Shown one piece after another: positions 1 through 10,185 of a stretch of DNA of 64,000 nt. How positions within the stretch are numbered: position 1 is the stretch's first letter; the number at the start of each line of letters is the position of its first letter. Both the position numbers and the translations under genes were made by a program. The notes beneath the pieces were generated by a model. The model was not told the DNA's origin and did not search any database. It worked only from the letters and a program-made list of their open reading frames with translations. This stretch comes from an uncultured Planctomycetaceae bacterium (GTDB lineage Bacteria; Planctomycetota; Planctomycetia; Isosphaerales; Isosphaeraceae). Where the stretch lies: assembly GCA_963833985.1 (NCBI GenBank), contig CAWIAD010000002.1, positions 1,088,001 through 1,152,000 of the forward strand. The letters run 5' to 3'.

Positions 1-243
1 CTGGTCTCTTGCGGCGTATCGCGCGATCCCTCGCCGCCGGCAAAGGAAATGCGGTGACCCGCGCCGGGACCTGCCAGAATCACCTGACAAGCGGGGGACT
101 GCCGATTCTGATACGAAGTGTCGCGGATCGTGCGTCCGGACTGGTGGAATGGCACGGACGCACAGCGAAGACTCACGTGCAGGGCGAATCGCCGGGATCG
201 GACCCGTCACGCCTGTTCATGCCATGGGGCCGAACCTGGTCGC

Positions 244-423
244 CTACCGGTCCGGGGCGTCCGCGTCAATCAAACGCAATCCGAATCCATGATCGGCTTC
301 CGCTCTTTGCACCACTTGATTCTCGGCCGACATGTACTGGGCGAACCTGGGGGTGAAGTAAACGACGGCCACGAGGATTCCAATCACGGCACAGCAGACC
401 AGCAGATCTCCTAGCTGTCGCAT
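244..423 (-). CDS. small single-TM membrane protein, 59 aa
   Basis: GAGGAG RBS upstream of ATG at 423; hydrophobic stretch LLVCCAVIGILVAVVYF; stop at 244. Confidence 0.5.
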   Translation of the reverse strand: MRQLGDLLVCCAVIGILVAVVYFTPRFAQYMSAENQVVQRAEADHGFGLRLIDADAPDR

Positions 424-1028
424 GGTTCCGTTGCTCCTCGGAATAAATCGGTTCAAAACTCTCCGGAACTGATCACTCAACCGATTCCAGACAGCCCAGG
501 CCGGCGCTTCCCGGATGGCGGCCATCCCCTGGCACCGCAATCTGCAAGCCCCACGATGCTGACCACGGGCCACTCCTGCCCCGGACGACCTTCTCCATGA
601 CCCTGCTACTTCTAAGATGGAACAGAATTGCAACGCCGTTCGCGTTTTTTGTGACTTTCATGATGAGAAAAGGCAACATGCCGGTTTCCGGTCCACGATC
701 GGGATGACCGTCGCGCACCGGAAGTGTCCCGGCGAGCGTTCTACGAGGGGCTACCGCGCCACCTTTCTTCGCTCGCCGCGACCCGAACATCTCTCAGGGG
801 TGCGCCTGAACATGCATGGTCTGTAAGTGAGACGAGCTCTGGAAGGAGTGGACTATCCGGGTAACTCGCAGAACCGCCACCATCGGCCTGGCCCTCAGAT
901 CTCCGGCGGTCTCTGTCTTCATGAAAAAGACGTTTGTCTCCGATTCCACTTCATTGTAGATTCACGACACAGCGGTCCGTTCGACCGTTGTGCGCCGGCT
1001 CCCCATCTTTCAGTCCCAGAGTCGATCG

Positions 1029-3448
1029 ATGAACACGCCCGACATCACGGTTTCCTTCCCGTCGTCGGGCACGGTGCGGCTCGAGAGCCGGTCTCTCTTC
1101 GCGGACCCGGACCATCTTGATTGCCGGAGAATCCTGGAACGCATCTTCCAGGACCCGCATATCAGGTCCGTCACCATCACGGCAGATGGCCGCCCACGCG
1201 CGGAGCTGCACTACTCCCCGCGCGAATCAGGGTTCAAGGAGCTGACGAAGCGAGTTGCCACGCTGCTGGCCGCCGGCGGGGTGCAGCAGGATGGTTCGCT
1301 CCAGGTTGCTCCCGCCGTGACGGCCCGAGATTTCCGGGGGGTGGTCCGCTACCACCGTCATGGCTCCGCGGTCAGCGGCTGGGAGCTGATTTCCGAGCTG
1401 CCGGGCCGCTTGCGGCTGCGTAACCTGGTCTTGCTGCGCCGCGGTTCGCTGTGCCGCACGCTCGAGCGCGAGTTGACCAGCGTGCTGGGCGTCGATCGCT
1501 TCAGGACCAGCCCGGTCACCGGCACGCTACTCCTGTGGCATGAACCGCAACGGATCTCCCGGTTGCAACTGATCGAGATCCTCGACGCCGCCTTGCTCCG
1601 CGCCGAGCCGCCGGCAGCGCCCGATCGGCCCGATACGAACCTGCCGGTCTGCACCGTCTCGGTGCCGCTGGCGGCCGCGGCCCAGTTCGCCGCCCCGGCC
1701 CTTCTGCCGGCGGCGGCTGTGCTGTTTGTCTATTCCTCGATCCCCACGTTCAAGGAGGCGCGGCGGGTCCTGCTCGAGGAAAAGCGCATCGGGGTCGATG
1801 CGCTCGACGCCGTCGTCGTGGCCGGCTGCCTGGGGACGATGTCGATCTTTCCGGCGCCATCTGCTGCTGGTGCCTGAGCTTCGGCCGCAGCCTCGTCAAG
1901 AAGACCCGCGAGAGCTCCCAGCGCCTCCTCCTGGACGCCTTCGGCAAGCAGCCCCGGCACGCCTGGCTGGTGCGCGGCAACGTGGAGGTGCAGGTGCTCG
2001 CGGAAACCCTTCATAAAGACGACGTCATCGTCGTTCATACCGGCGAGACCGTGCCCGTGGACGGCCCGATCGTCCAGGGCATGGCCGTGATCGACCAGCA
2101 CACCTTGACCGGAGAATCCACGCCTGCGGAGAAGGGAGTCGGCGACCGCGCGTTTGCCTCGACGGTCCTGGTGGGGGGAAGAATCCACGTCGCGGTCGAG
2201 CAGTCCGGCCAGGAGACCGCCGCGGCGCGGATCAGCCAGATCCTCAGCAACACGGCCGGCTACACGCTCAGCTCGCAGCACAAGGGGGAACGCCTGGCGG
2301 ACAGGGCCGTGATCCCCACCCTGGCCGTGGGCGCGCTGGGCATGGCGACGATGGGCCCCGTGGGCGCCGTGGCCGTGCTCAACAGCGACCTGGGCACGGG
2401 CATTCGCATGGCCGCGCCGCTGGCGATGCTCAGCTCGCTTTCGGTCTGCGCCCACAAGGGCATTCTGGTCAAGGACGGCCGCGCTCTGGAGCAGATGTGC
2501 GCTGTCGACACCGTCCTCTTCGACAAGACCGGGACCCTGACGCACGAGCGCCCCGAGGTGGGCCGCTTGATCGCGATCGACGGCATCTCCCAGGAACGGG
2601 TGCTCCAGCTTGCCGCCAGCGCCGAGCGCAGGTTCCAGCATCCCATTGCCCTGGCCATTCGCCACAAGGCCGAGGAGCTGGGGCTCGAGCTGCCGCATGC
2701 CGACGACACCCAGTACAAGGTCGGCTACGGGATCACGGTGAGTATCCAGGGCCAGACCATCCGCGTTGGCAGCCGGCGTTTCATGGAACTCGAGGGGCTG
2801 GCCATCCCCTGCCCGATCCTGGTCGCGCTCGAGGAGGCCAGCCAGACCGGTTCCACGATGGTGCTCCTGGGTGTGGACGACCGGCTCGCCGGCGCGATCG
2901 AGCTGCGCGCGGCGGTACGCGCCGAGGCCCTGGAGATCATCCGTGGTCTGCGCAGCCGCGGGATCAAGCACGTGGCGATTGTCTCCGGCGACCATGACGC
3001 TCCCACGCGGAAGCTTGCCGGCTTGCTGGAGATGGACCGCTACTTCGCCCAGGTCTTGCCCGCCGACAAGGCGGAGATCGTCGAGCGGCTCCAGAAGGAG
3101 GGCCGCAAGGTCTGCTTCGTGGGCGACGGCATCAACGACTCGATCGCCCTCAAGAAGGCCGACGTCTCGATCTCGCTGCGCGGGGCCTCCACGATCGCGA
3201 CCGACACGGCGCACGTGGTCTTCCTGGAGGGCGGGCTTTCCAGGCTCTGCGAGCTGCGGGACATCGCGCAGAACCTGGAGAACAACGTGAGCCGGAGCTG
3301 GTCGATGATCGTCGCCCCCAACGTCTCGAACGTGATCGGCGTGTTCACGATGGGCTTTGGCATCATGACCTCGGTGCTCACCAACAACGTCGCCGCGCTG
3401 GCGGCCCTGGCCAATGGGCTGCTCCCTCTCCGCAAGGTCCCGCGGTAG
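1029..3448 (+). CDS. P1B-type (heavy-metal) P-type ATPase with two degenerate N-terminal HMA-like domains; frameshift near 1855-1865
   Basis: TGES, DKTGTLT, HP and GDGIND motifs; ORFs 990-1877 and 1970-3448 join into one protein if one indel is corrected. Confidence 0.9.
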
Positions 3449-3454
3449 CCTGCT

Positions 3455-6400
3455 TCATGCCACCGCCAGCCTGGCGAACGTGCGCCGCAGCCGGGCCGGC
3501 AGCGGCTGGGCCAGCTCCCAGGTCACGTTCATCGGCCGGCTGCCGGTATGGCTGAGGTAGCGGGCCGGTCCCAGGAACAGGAACGGCCGGGCAAGCTGGT
3601 TCATGCTGCGATGCTCCCTTCCGAAGAGCAAGATCGTGTGCCCGCGCGACTCGTGTTCGATATACCTTCGCCCGGTTGGTGAGTCCGCGGAGGTCGTGCT
3701 CTGGGACTGCCAGTGAAACAGGCGATCGTTGATGGCGTAGTCCTGGTACATGGTCGTCGGCGAGAAGTGGGCCTCGGACTTGTGCAGCGTGAACAGAAAC
3801 GCGTCGACCCGAAGCGCAGGCAAGTGCACAACGCCCTCGCGCATCTCGCGCTGGCTCCCGCGCGTCCAGTGGCCCAGGCCGGCGAGGATCTCATCTCGCG
3901 TGTAGGGCGCGTGCAGCGTCAGGGGACAGGCAAACGGCAGTTCCAGGGGCGGAGCAACCGATTCCACGGCGCTCAGACGGTACTCCAGGAGTTCTCGCAA
4001 TTCCTCTCGCAGCGTCGGATTCCGTACCAGCCGTGATCGACTGTCCGCGATCGAGGCTGGCAGGCCTGGCCCACGTCCCCAGAGCGAGAGATCCATCATG
4101 AGTACGCGGCGCTCGTCCATCGTCGCCATTTCAGAATCCACACCACTCGAAAGGCCGAAGTCGATCCAGGTCTGCAAAAAACGGATCTGAGCGGGATCGG
4201 CGCCATGCGAAAGCCGACGGAATCCCCGGGTGAGCTGCGGCTCGTCGGGCTCTGCGAAATCAGGGGCGAGCCTCGCTTCCACACAGAGGCGGGCGTAGCT
4301 CATGTTTCTGCGGTACAGGTCGTCCAGATCCGTGCTGGTCCGATCGAAGAACTCGCCCAGCGTGGGACGCCCACCCTGCTCGGCAGCCAGTTCTCCCAGA
4401 TCGCGGATCAGGGTGTTTCGCGTCTGGCGCAGGGACTGGCGGATGTTCTCCAGGATAGACTGGCGTGCGACGCGCTCCATGAGGATCGTGCACCCCGCCG
4501 GCAAGTGCGAGAAGCCCTTCTCAACCTGCTCCTCCAGGGAGATCGATGGATCCGTCAACAGGGCACGGTAGCGGAGATCGAACCGAAAACTGCGATGCGC
4601 CTGCCCGACGAAGTCGAGCACCGTGAGGCATTCCTTCTCCTCGAAGAGACGAAGGCCGCGACCCAGTTGCTGCAAGAAGACCGTCAAGCTTTCGGTGGGT
4701 CGCAGGAACAGGACGGTGTCGATCTCGGGGATGTCGATGCCTTCGTTGTACAGATCGACGACAAACAGGAAGTTGATCTCCCGGTTCCGCAAGCGATTCT
4801 GGACTTCGAGACGTTCGTTGCGCGGGCTCTCGGCCGACAGGCTCTCGGCGGCGATGCCGTTGCGCCGGAACTGGACCGCCATGTAGCGGGCGTGGGCAAT
4901 GCTCACGCAGAATCCCAGCCCGTGCGCCCGCCGCGGATCGAGCAGGATGGACCGTACCTTTTCCACGATCAGGCCCGCTCGCACATCGTTTCCGGTGTAA
5001 AGCTCGTCGAGCTGATCGAGCCGATACCCGCCGCGCTGCCATTGCAGACCCTGAAGATCCACCACGTCGGTCACCGCGAAATACTGGAACGGCGAGAGGA
5101 ACTTGCGATTGATCGCGTCCGGCAGACGGATCTGGGCACTGAAGTGGCCGCCAAAATGCCGCAGGACGTCCAGCCCGTCCGACCGTTCCGGCGTCGCCGT
5201 CAGCCCCAGGAGAACCCTGGGCCTGACGTGATCGAGGAGCCGCTCGTAGCTTGGCGCCGCGGCATGGTGAAACTCGTCCACGACGATGTAATCGTAGCGG
5301 TCGGCCGGCTGCTCATGAAGCGACCGGCTGTTGTAGCTCTGGATCGAGACAAAGAGGTGATCCGATTGCTCGGGAGTACGGCCGCCGACGAGCAGGTCAC
5401 CGAAATTGGGATCGCGCAGCACCGCCCGAAAAGTGGTCAGAGCCTGCGAGAGCAACTCCTCGCGATGCGCGACGAAAAGTAGCCGTGGCCGTTCCGCGGC
5501 TGCGGCCTCCACCTCGATCGTCCGGCACCAGTTGCGATAATCGAATGCCGCGATGATGGTCTTGCCCGTTCCGGTCGCCGCGACAACCAGGTGCCGGTTG
5601 CGACCTTGCAGGACCCGTTCCGCGTCCAGCCGCTCGAGAATCTCGCGCTGGAATTCGTGAGGACGGAGGTCAAAGAAGAAGGCGTCGCCGCCTGGTTCCG
5701 CATCTCCATGGCGCTCCGACTCCAGGGCGATCGCAAGCCGTTCCCGGTCCAGTGAGCTGTAGGGCTCGAACTCGCCGTCTTGCCAGTACGTCTCGAAAGT
5801 ACCGGCAACACGATCCCAGAGCGCGGGCGACTCGTACTGGCTGACCTTGACTGTCCACTCCAGCCCCTCCGTGAGCGCGGGCCGGGAAAGGTTCGCCGAC
5901 CCGATATAGGCTGTGCCAAACACGCTATCGCGGTGAAACAGGTAAGCCTTGGCATGAAGCCGCGTGCGGTGAGTGTCGTAAGAAACCCGCACTTCCGTGT
6001 TCGGCAACGTAGAGAGCAGGTCAACCGCCTTGAGATCCGTCGCGCCCAGGTAGCTGGTCGTCAGGACCCTGAGCCGGCAAGCGGATCGAGCGGTGAACGC
6101 ACGAAGGTCATCGGCGAGAATCCGGATACCGCTCCACTTGATGAACGAGCAGAGGATATCGACCCGATCCGTCGAAGCCATTTCCTTGCGGAGTTGTGAA
6201 ACCAGGCTGGGATCGAGTCGTGTGCCAGCCAGCAGGCACCCCAGTCCCAGTGGCGTGTCGGGACGGTCAGGCCGAACGGCCGAGCTGTCGTTGGGCCAAA
6301 CCCCCAGCAGCCGGCGAGCCGGCTCGGCGAGGATGTGATCATCCTCGCCCTGGTCGCCAAGCAGCGCCAGAATCTGATTGCACAGAGCGACCTGGTGATG

Positions 6401-6622
6401 GAGTCGCTGGTCGGTTGGAACAGCCCCGAGGGCCTCGCGAACGACCCGCCTGAGATGATCGGCAAGGACAGCATGGCTTTCACTGACATCGAGCGGCAGA
6501 ACCTCGGCAGCATGCGCATTTTCCGGAAGCGCTCGCAACAGCCTATCGATGCCTCGATCGACAACCCGCTCGTAAACGCCTGATGGAATCGCGTCAGAGC
6601 TGGGGCCTTCAGGAGTGGGCAT
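3455..6622 (-). CDS. PLD (HKD) nuclease - SF2 helicase - DUF3427 protein, SauUSI-like type IV restriction enzyme candidate
   Basis: LHAKAY...GSANLS PLD motif; Walker A ATGTGKT; DEFHH; TAT; QQLGRGLR; C-terminal YQDYAINDRLFHWQSQS typical of DUF3427. Confidence 0.88.
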   Translation of the reverse strand: MPTPEGPSSDAIPSGVYERVVDRGIDRLLRALPENAHAAEVLPLDVSESHAVLADHLRRVVREALGAVPTDQRLHHQVALCNQILALLGDQGEDDHILAEPARRLLGVWPNDSSAVRPDRPDTPLGLGCLLAGTRLDPSLVSQLRKEMASTDRVDILCSFIKWSGIRILADDLRAFTARSACRLRVLTTSYLGATDLKAVDLLSTLPNTEVRVSYDTHRTRLHAKAYLFHRDSVFGTAYIGSANLSRPALTEGLEWTVKVSQYESPALWDRVAGTFETYWQDGEFEPYSSLDRERLAIALESERHGDAEPGGDAFFFDLRPHEFQREILERLDAERVLQGRNRHLVVAATGTGKTIIAAFDYRNWCRTIEVEAAAAERPRLLFVAHREELLSQALTTFRAVLRDPNFGDLLVGGRTPEQSDHLFVSIQSYNSRSLHEQPADRYDYIVVDEFHHAAAPSYERLLDHVRPRVLLGLTATPERSDGLDVLRHFGGHFSAQIRLPDAINRKFLSPFQYFAVTDVVDLQGLQWQRGGYRLDQLDELYTGNDVRAGLIVEKVRSILLDPRRAHGLGFCVSIAHARYMAVQFRRNGIAAESLSAESPRNERLEVQNRLRNREINFLFVVDLYNEGIDIPEIDTVLFLRPTESLTVFLQQLGRGLRLFEEKECLTVLDFVGQAHRSFRFDLRYRALLTDPSISLEEQVEKGFSHLPAGCTILMERVARQSILENIRQSLRQTRNTLIRDLGELAAEQGGRPTLGEFFDRTSTDLDDLYRRNMSYARLCVEARLAPDFAEPDEPQLTRGFRRLSHGADPAQIRFLQTWIDFGLSSGVDSEMATMDERRVLMMDLSLWGRGPGLPASIADSRSRLVRNPTLREELRELLEYRLSAVESVAPPLELPFACPLTLHAPYTRDEILAGLGHWTRGSQREMREGVVHLPALRVDAFLFTLHKSEAHFSPTTMYQDYAINDRLFHWQSQSTTSADSPTGRRYIEHESRGHTILLFGREHRSMNQLARPFLFLGPARYLSHTGSRPMNVTWELAQPLPARLRRTFARLAVA

Positions 6623-6772
6623 GACAGGATGCTTTATTCCAGGGTATGCCGAGTTGAATGGACACGGTCAGCCTCGTGATCCGCGAGGAAAAAGGCGCGG
6701 CGAGGAAATAGGGGCTGGAGACAAGAGACGTCACTGAATAGGACTTGTTTAGCTCCTCAGACCGTATCGTGG

Positions 6773-6826
6773 GTTATTTTATAACTTTTAATATTAATAT
6801 ATTATATATATAAATTTTGTATATTC
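6773..6826. other. extremely AT-rich tract
   Basis: gttattttataacttttaatattaatatattatatatataaattttgtatattc is almost free of G/C in a high-GC background. Confidence 0.8.
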
Positions 6827-7479
6827 TTGCGTCTTTGTCAGGCACTCGCCCGAGTGGGGATCCATCACCGCGCGAGCAACCATGAGCGGACGTATCTCAG
6901 AGTTCAAATCAGCAGATGCGTCTTGGAGACAGGCGCTGAAGGTAAATCTGGCAGCGTCGCCGGTCAAGGAAATAAGGCGACACCCCATGCTTTTCCTGAA
7001 AACGACGGATCCAGCGCTGTGACAGCGGTACGCACCGCCTGGTTCCGATACGAGACGTTTCGCAGTCCCACGGACGGGGTGCGGGTTTTCAAGGTATCAG
7101 GCATCAAGGTGGCACAATCAAGAGTGTTTCGGGAGAGCGAAGGTCGGGGGTCCTTGCGGTGAGCCATCAGAAAGCCATCCCCGCGCCGTTCGTGGATTGG
7201 TGCGTCGTCGCTGCGCTGAACGCACCTTACAAGTGTGGGACGGTCCACAGTTCCCCACCAGCAGCAAGGGAATCACCGGTTGGAGCTCGTCGAGCTGGTG
7301 TTGTCCTCACCTTGCCCGTGGGGGATGCACCGGAGCCGGCTCCCGCCATCCCCGGATTCGGCGAGAAGATTCGCCCACAGCGACCGGTGAAGCCGATGGG
7401 AGAACGAAACGGCCCTGGGCGCCCGGCGTGGATTTCCCCGCAAGGAAACGCGCGGCTGCGGCAACTATACTGGCAAACC

Positions 7480-8109
7480 ATGAACGCGCCAGAGCCAGAG
7501 CCTGTGATGGGATGTGCCGGAGACGCCGTCGCGGCCGGCTCACCGGCTGGCCCAGCCTTGCTGGACTGGACGGCGATCCTGGCAACGCATGAGCGCTGGC
7601 TGCGGCGCGTGGTGCTGGCGCGAGTGCAGGAAAGCCAGGCGGTGGACGAGGTCATGCAGGATGTGGCGCTGGCGGCCGTGGCCCAGCGCGCGCCCTTGCT
7701 CGACCCGGCCCGTCTGGTCGGCTGGCTCTACCGCCTGGCCGTGCGGCAAGCCCTCATGTATCGCCGCAGGGCAGGACGCCACCGCGCTTTGGTTGGCCGT
7801 TACGCGATCAGCCAGGCCGCCAGCAGCGAGGATGCGGGCGTGTCGCCCCTGAGCTGGCTGGTGCACGACGAGCGGCGCACCCTGGTGCAGCAGGCCCTGC
7901 ACCGGCTGCCGCCCCGCGATGCGGACCTGCTTCTGCTCAAGTACGCCGAGGGCTGGAGCGCGCGCGAACTGGCCGAGCGGCTGGGCGTGAAGACCGTGGC
8001 CATTGAGGCAAGACTGCATCGCGCCCGCGGCCGGCTGCGTGCCGAGCTGGCCCGGCTGACGTCCGAGTTTGCCAATGCGGAGAAGGGCTTCGACGATGTC
8101 CGACCATGA
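7480..8109 (+). CDS. ECF-family RNA polymerase sigma factor
   Basis: sigma2-like (DEVMQDVALA, GWLYRLAVR) and sigma4-like (LHRLPPRDADLLLLKYAEGWSARELAERLG...RLHRAR) regions; start ATG 7480 or 7507. Confidence 0.9.
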   Translation: MNAPEPEPVMGCAGDAVAAGSPAGPALLDWTAILATHERWLRRVVLARVQESQAVDEVMQDVALAAVAQRAPLLDPARLVGWLYRLAVRQALMYRRRAGRHRALVGRYAISQAASSEDAGVSPLSWLVHDERRTLVQQALHRLPPRDADLLLLKYAEGWSARELAERLGVKTVAIEARLHRARGRLRAELARLTSEFANAEKGFDDVRP

Positions 8110-8891
8110 ACCGAATGAAGAGCAGACCACGAGCCTCCTGATCGACCGCGTGGTGGATGGAGCGCTCCCGCCGGCCGAGCTGCGCGGCCATCCAGCGGCT
8201 GGATGCTCGGCCCGACGGCTGGCGACGGTGCGCGCTAGCGTTCCTGGAGGCCCAGTGCTGGACCGAGGCCTTGCGTCCCTGGGACGGAACCGTGCCGGCT
8301 GCCCCGGAAGAATCCGCCACGTGGACCGGCAAGGAATCATGGCCCGGTCGCGTCGTGCCGGCTGCTTTGCCTGCCTCCCGATCACCCCGGCGCTGGATCG
8401 GCCCGGCCCTGGCAGCGGGCATGGCCCTGGCGGCCTTCTCCGCGGGCTGGCTGGGGCACGCAGTCCGTGATGAGGGAGCTGCCCGTCACACGGTCGCACC
8501 TGCCCCTCAGGAGCAGGTGAAAACGGACGAGCGTGCCCCAGCCAGGATCACTCCGGCCGACGCACCGACAGAGCCGCTCCGGCCGGGCTCGATCGCTGGC
8601 CTGCCCACCGAGCGCCTGCCGACGGTCCGCGAGGTGGCCCGGTTGCGCTTCGGCGGCCGCGACGGCACGATTGCCGAGGTGCCGATCCTCGCCGGTCCGG
8701 GGATCAACCCGCTCTGGCTCATGGAACAACCGCCGCCGGTCTCGGAGCAGGAGCAAGCCCTTTTACGACGCCAGGGTTACGAGCTCGACCAGCAACGCCG
8801 ACTGGTGACGGTTCCCCTGGCGGACGGCCGCCGTGCCGCCGTGCCCGTCGATCGCGTTCGGGTTCGCTATGTCGGTCAGGTTTCCCTGTAA
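8096..8891 (+). CDS. putative anti-sigma factor, single TM; frameshift near 8185
   Basis: overlaps the sigma factor stop; N-terminus IDRVVDGAL.../LDARPDGWRRCALAFLEAQ; TM ALAAGMALAAFSAGWLG. Confidence 0.75.
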
Positions 8892-9014
8892 GAACTGGAA
8901 TCCGCAGCGGTCAACGGTCACTGCGCTCCCCGCGCACGACGTCTGGCCGGAGTTTCCCGTTTTGCTTCTGAGTCCGATGTCCTTTCGACTTTACCTTTCA
9001 GGAGGAACACGAAG

Positions 9015-10145
9015 ATGCGTCTCACGACAATTTCCGCGGGTGCGCTCGTCCTGGCTCTGGGGGGCCTGGCACACGCCCAGACCGCAAAGCCGAGTACGAA
9101 CGGAAACATCAGGGTCGACGTGCAGAATACGATTCCTCGCAACGCCTCCTATTTCACTGCCTTCTACCCTGACGTGAATATCACCCCACTGACCCCCCAG
9201 CCTTCCGACCAGTGGTCCAATCCCAATCTCTCATACTGGATCACAGGCAATGGCGATCAGGGATCGGGCCTGACCCTGGCACCCGTGGACGAGGCCAGCC
9301 GGAATCAGCTCAAGCTGCCCAGGGATCAGGGCTTGATCGTGACCTCCGTGGCGCAGAACAGTCCGGCCGCGCAGGCCGGAATCCAGGAAAACGACATCCT
9401 GCTCACTCTCGGCGATACTCCTCTGGGCAAGTACGAGGACATGGAGGCTCACCTGAAAGCGGCGGGAGACAAGCCGCTCTCGCTCGTGCTGCTCCATCAG
9501 GGCAAGAAGAAAACCCTCCAGGTTCAGCCCAGGATCAGGGTCACTCTGGGACCAGTGCAGCCCGCTCCTCCGGATTTCTGGATCGGCATCTCGGTGACCC
9601 CCATCACGGCGGTCCTGCGCGACCAGCTTCAGATCGGCGGCGGGCAAGGGCTTGTGGTCACGAATGTCGTCGACGGCGGACCCGCGGCCAGGGCGGGGCT
9701 CAAGGCCAACGACATCCTGCTCTCGATGAACGACTCGAACCTGGTTGAACCGGCGGACCTCGTCAAGCTGGTTCAATCGAGCGGTGAAAAGCCCATGACC
9801 GTCAAGCTCCTGAGGGAAGGCGAGCGCAAGTCGATCGATGTGACGCCGGAGCACCGGCAGGACTCCCATCATCTCTCGGTGCGGTTTACCAACGAGAACG
9901 TGTTCGTCGTCAACCACCCCGCCGTCATGGTCCCCAACACTCCCCTCAACGCAACGGTGCAGTGGGCGAACGATAGTCCGTGGGTGAGAGATCTTCAGTT
10001 GCAGGGTGTTCGATCCCTCAATGGCACACCACCAGACCGGCAGGCCGACGAGCTGACCAGGCGGCTCGACGCCATGAGCGCGGCGATCAAGGAGCTGCAC
10101 GCCGCCGTCGATGAGCTGAACCAGCAGCTCAAGAGCAAGAAGTGA
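9015..10145 (+). CDS. secreted tandem-PDZ-domain protein
   Basis: AGGAGG RBS; signal peptide; two PDZ-like units (GLIVTSVAQNSPAAQAGIQENDILL; GLVVTNVVDGGPAARAGLKANDILL); C-terminal coiled coil; no protease domain seen. Confidence 0.85.
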   Translation: MRLTTISAGALVLALGGLAHAQTAKPSTNGNIRVDVQNTIPRNASYFTAFYPDVNITPLTPQPSDQWSNPNLSYWITGNGDQGSGLTLAPVDEASRNQLKLPRDQGLIVTSVAQNSPAAQAGIQENDILLTLGDTPLGKYEDMEAHLKAAGDKPLSLVLLHQGKKKTLQVQPRIRVTLGPVQPAPPDFWIGISVTPITAVLRDQLQIGGGQGLVVTNVVDGGPAARAGLKANDILLSMNDSNLVEPADLVKLVQSSGEKPMTVKLLREGERKSIDVTPEHRQDSHHLSVRFTNENVFVVNHPAVMVPNTPLNATVQWANDSPWVRDLQLQGVRSLNGTPPDRQADELTRRLDAMSAAIKELHAAVDELNQQLKSKK

Positions 10146-10185
10146 GCCCGGCGGAGGGATATCTTCGCCTGCCGACTACTGAGAC

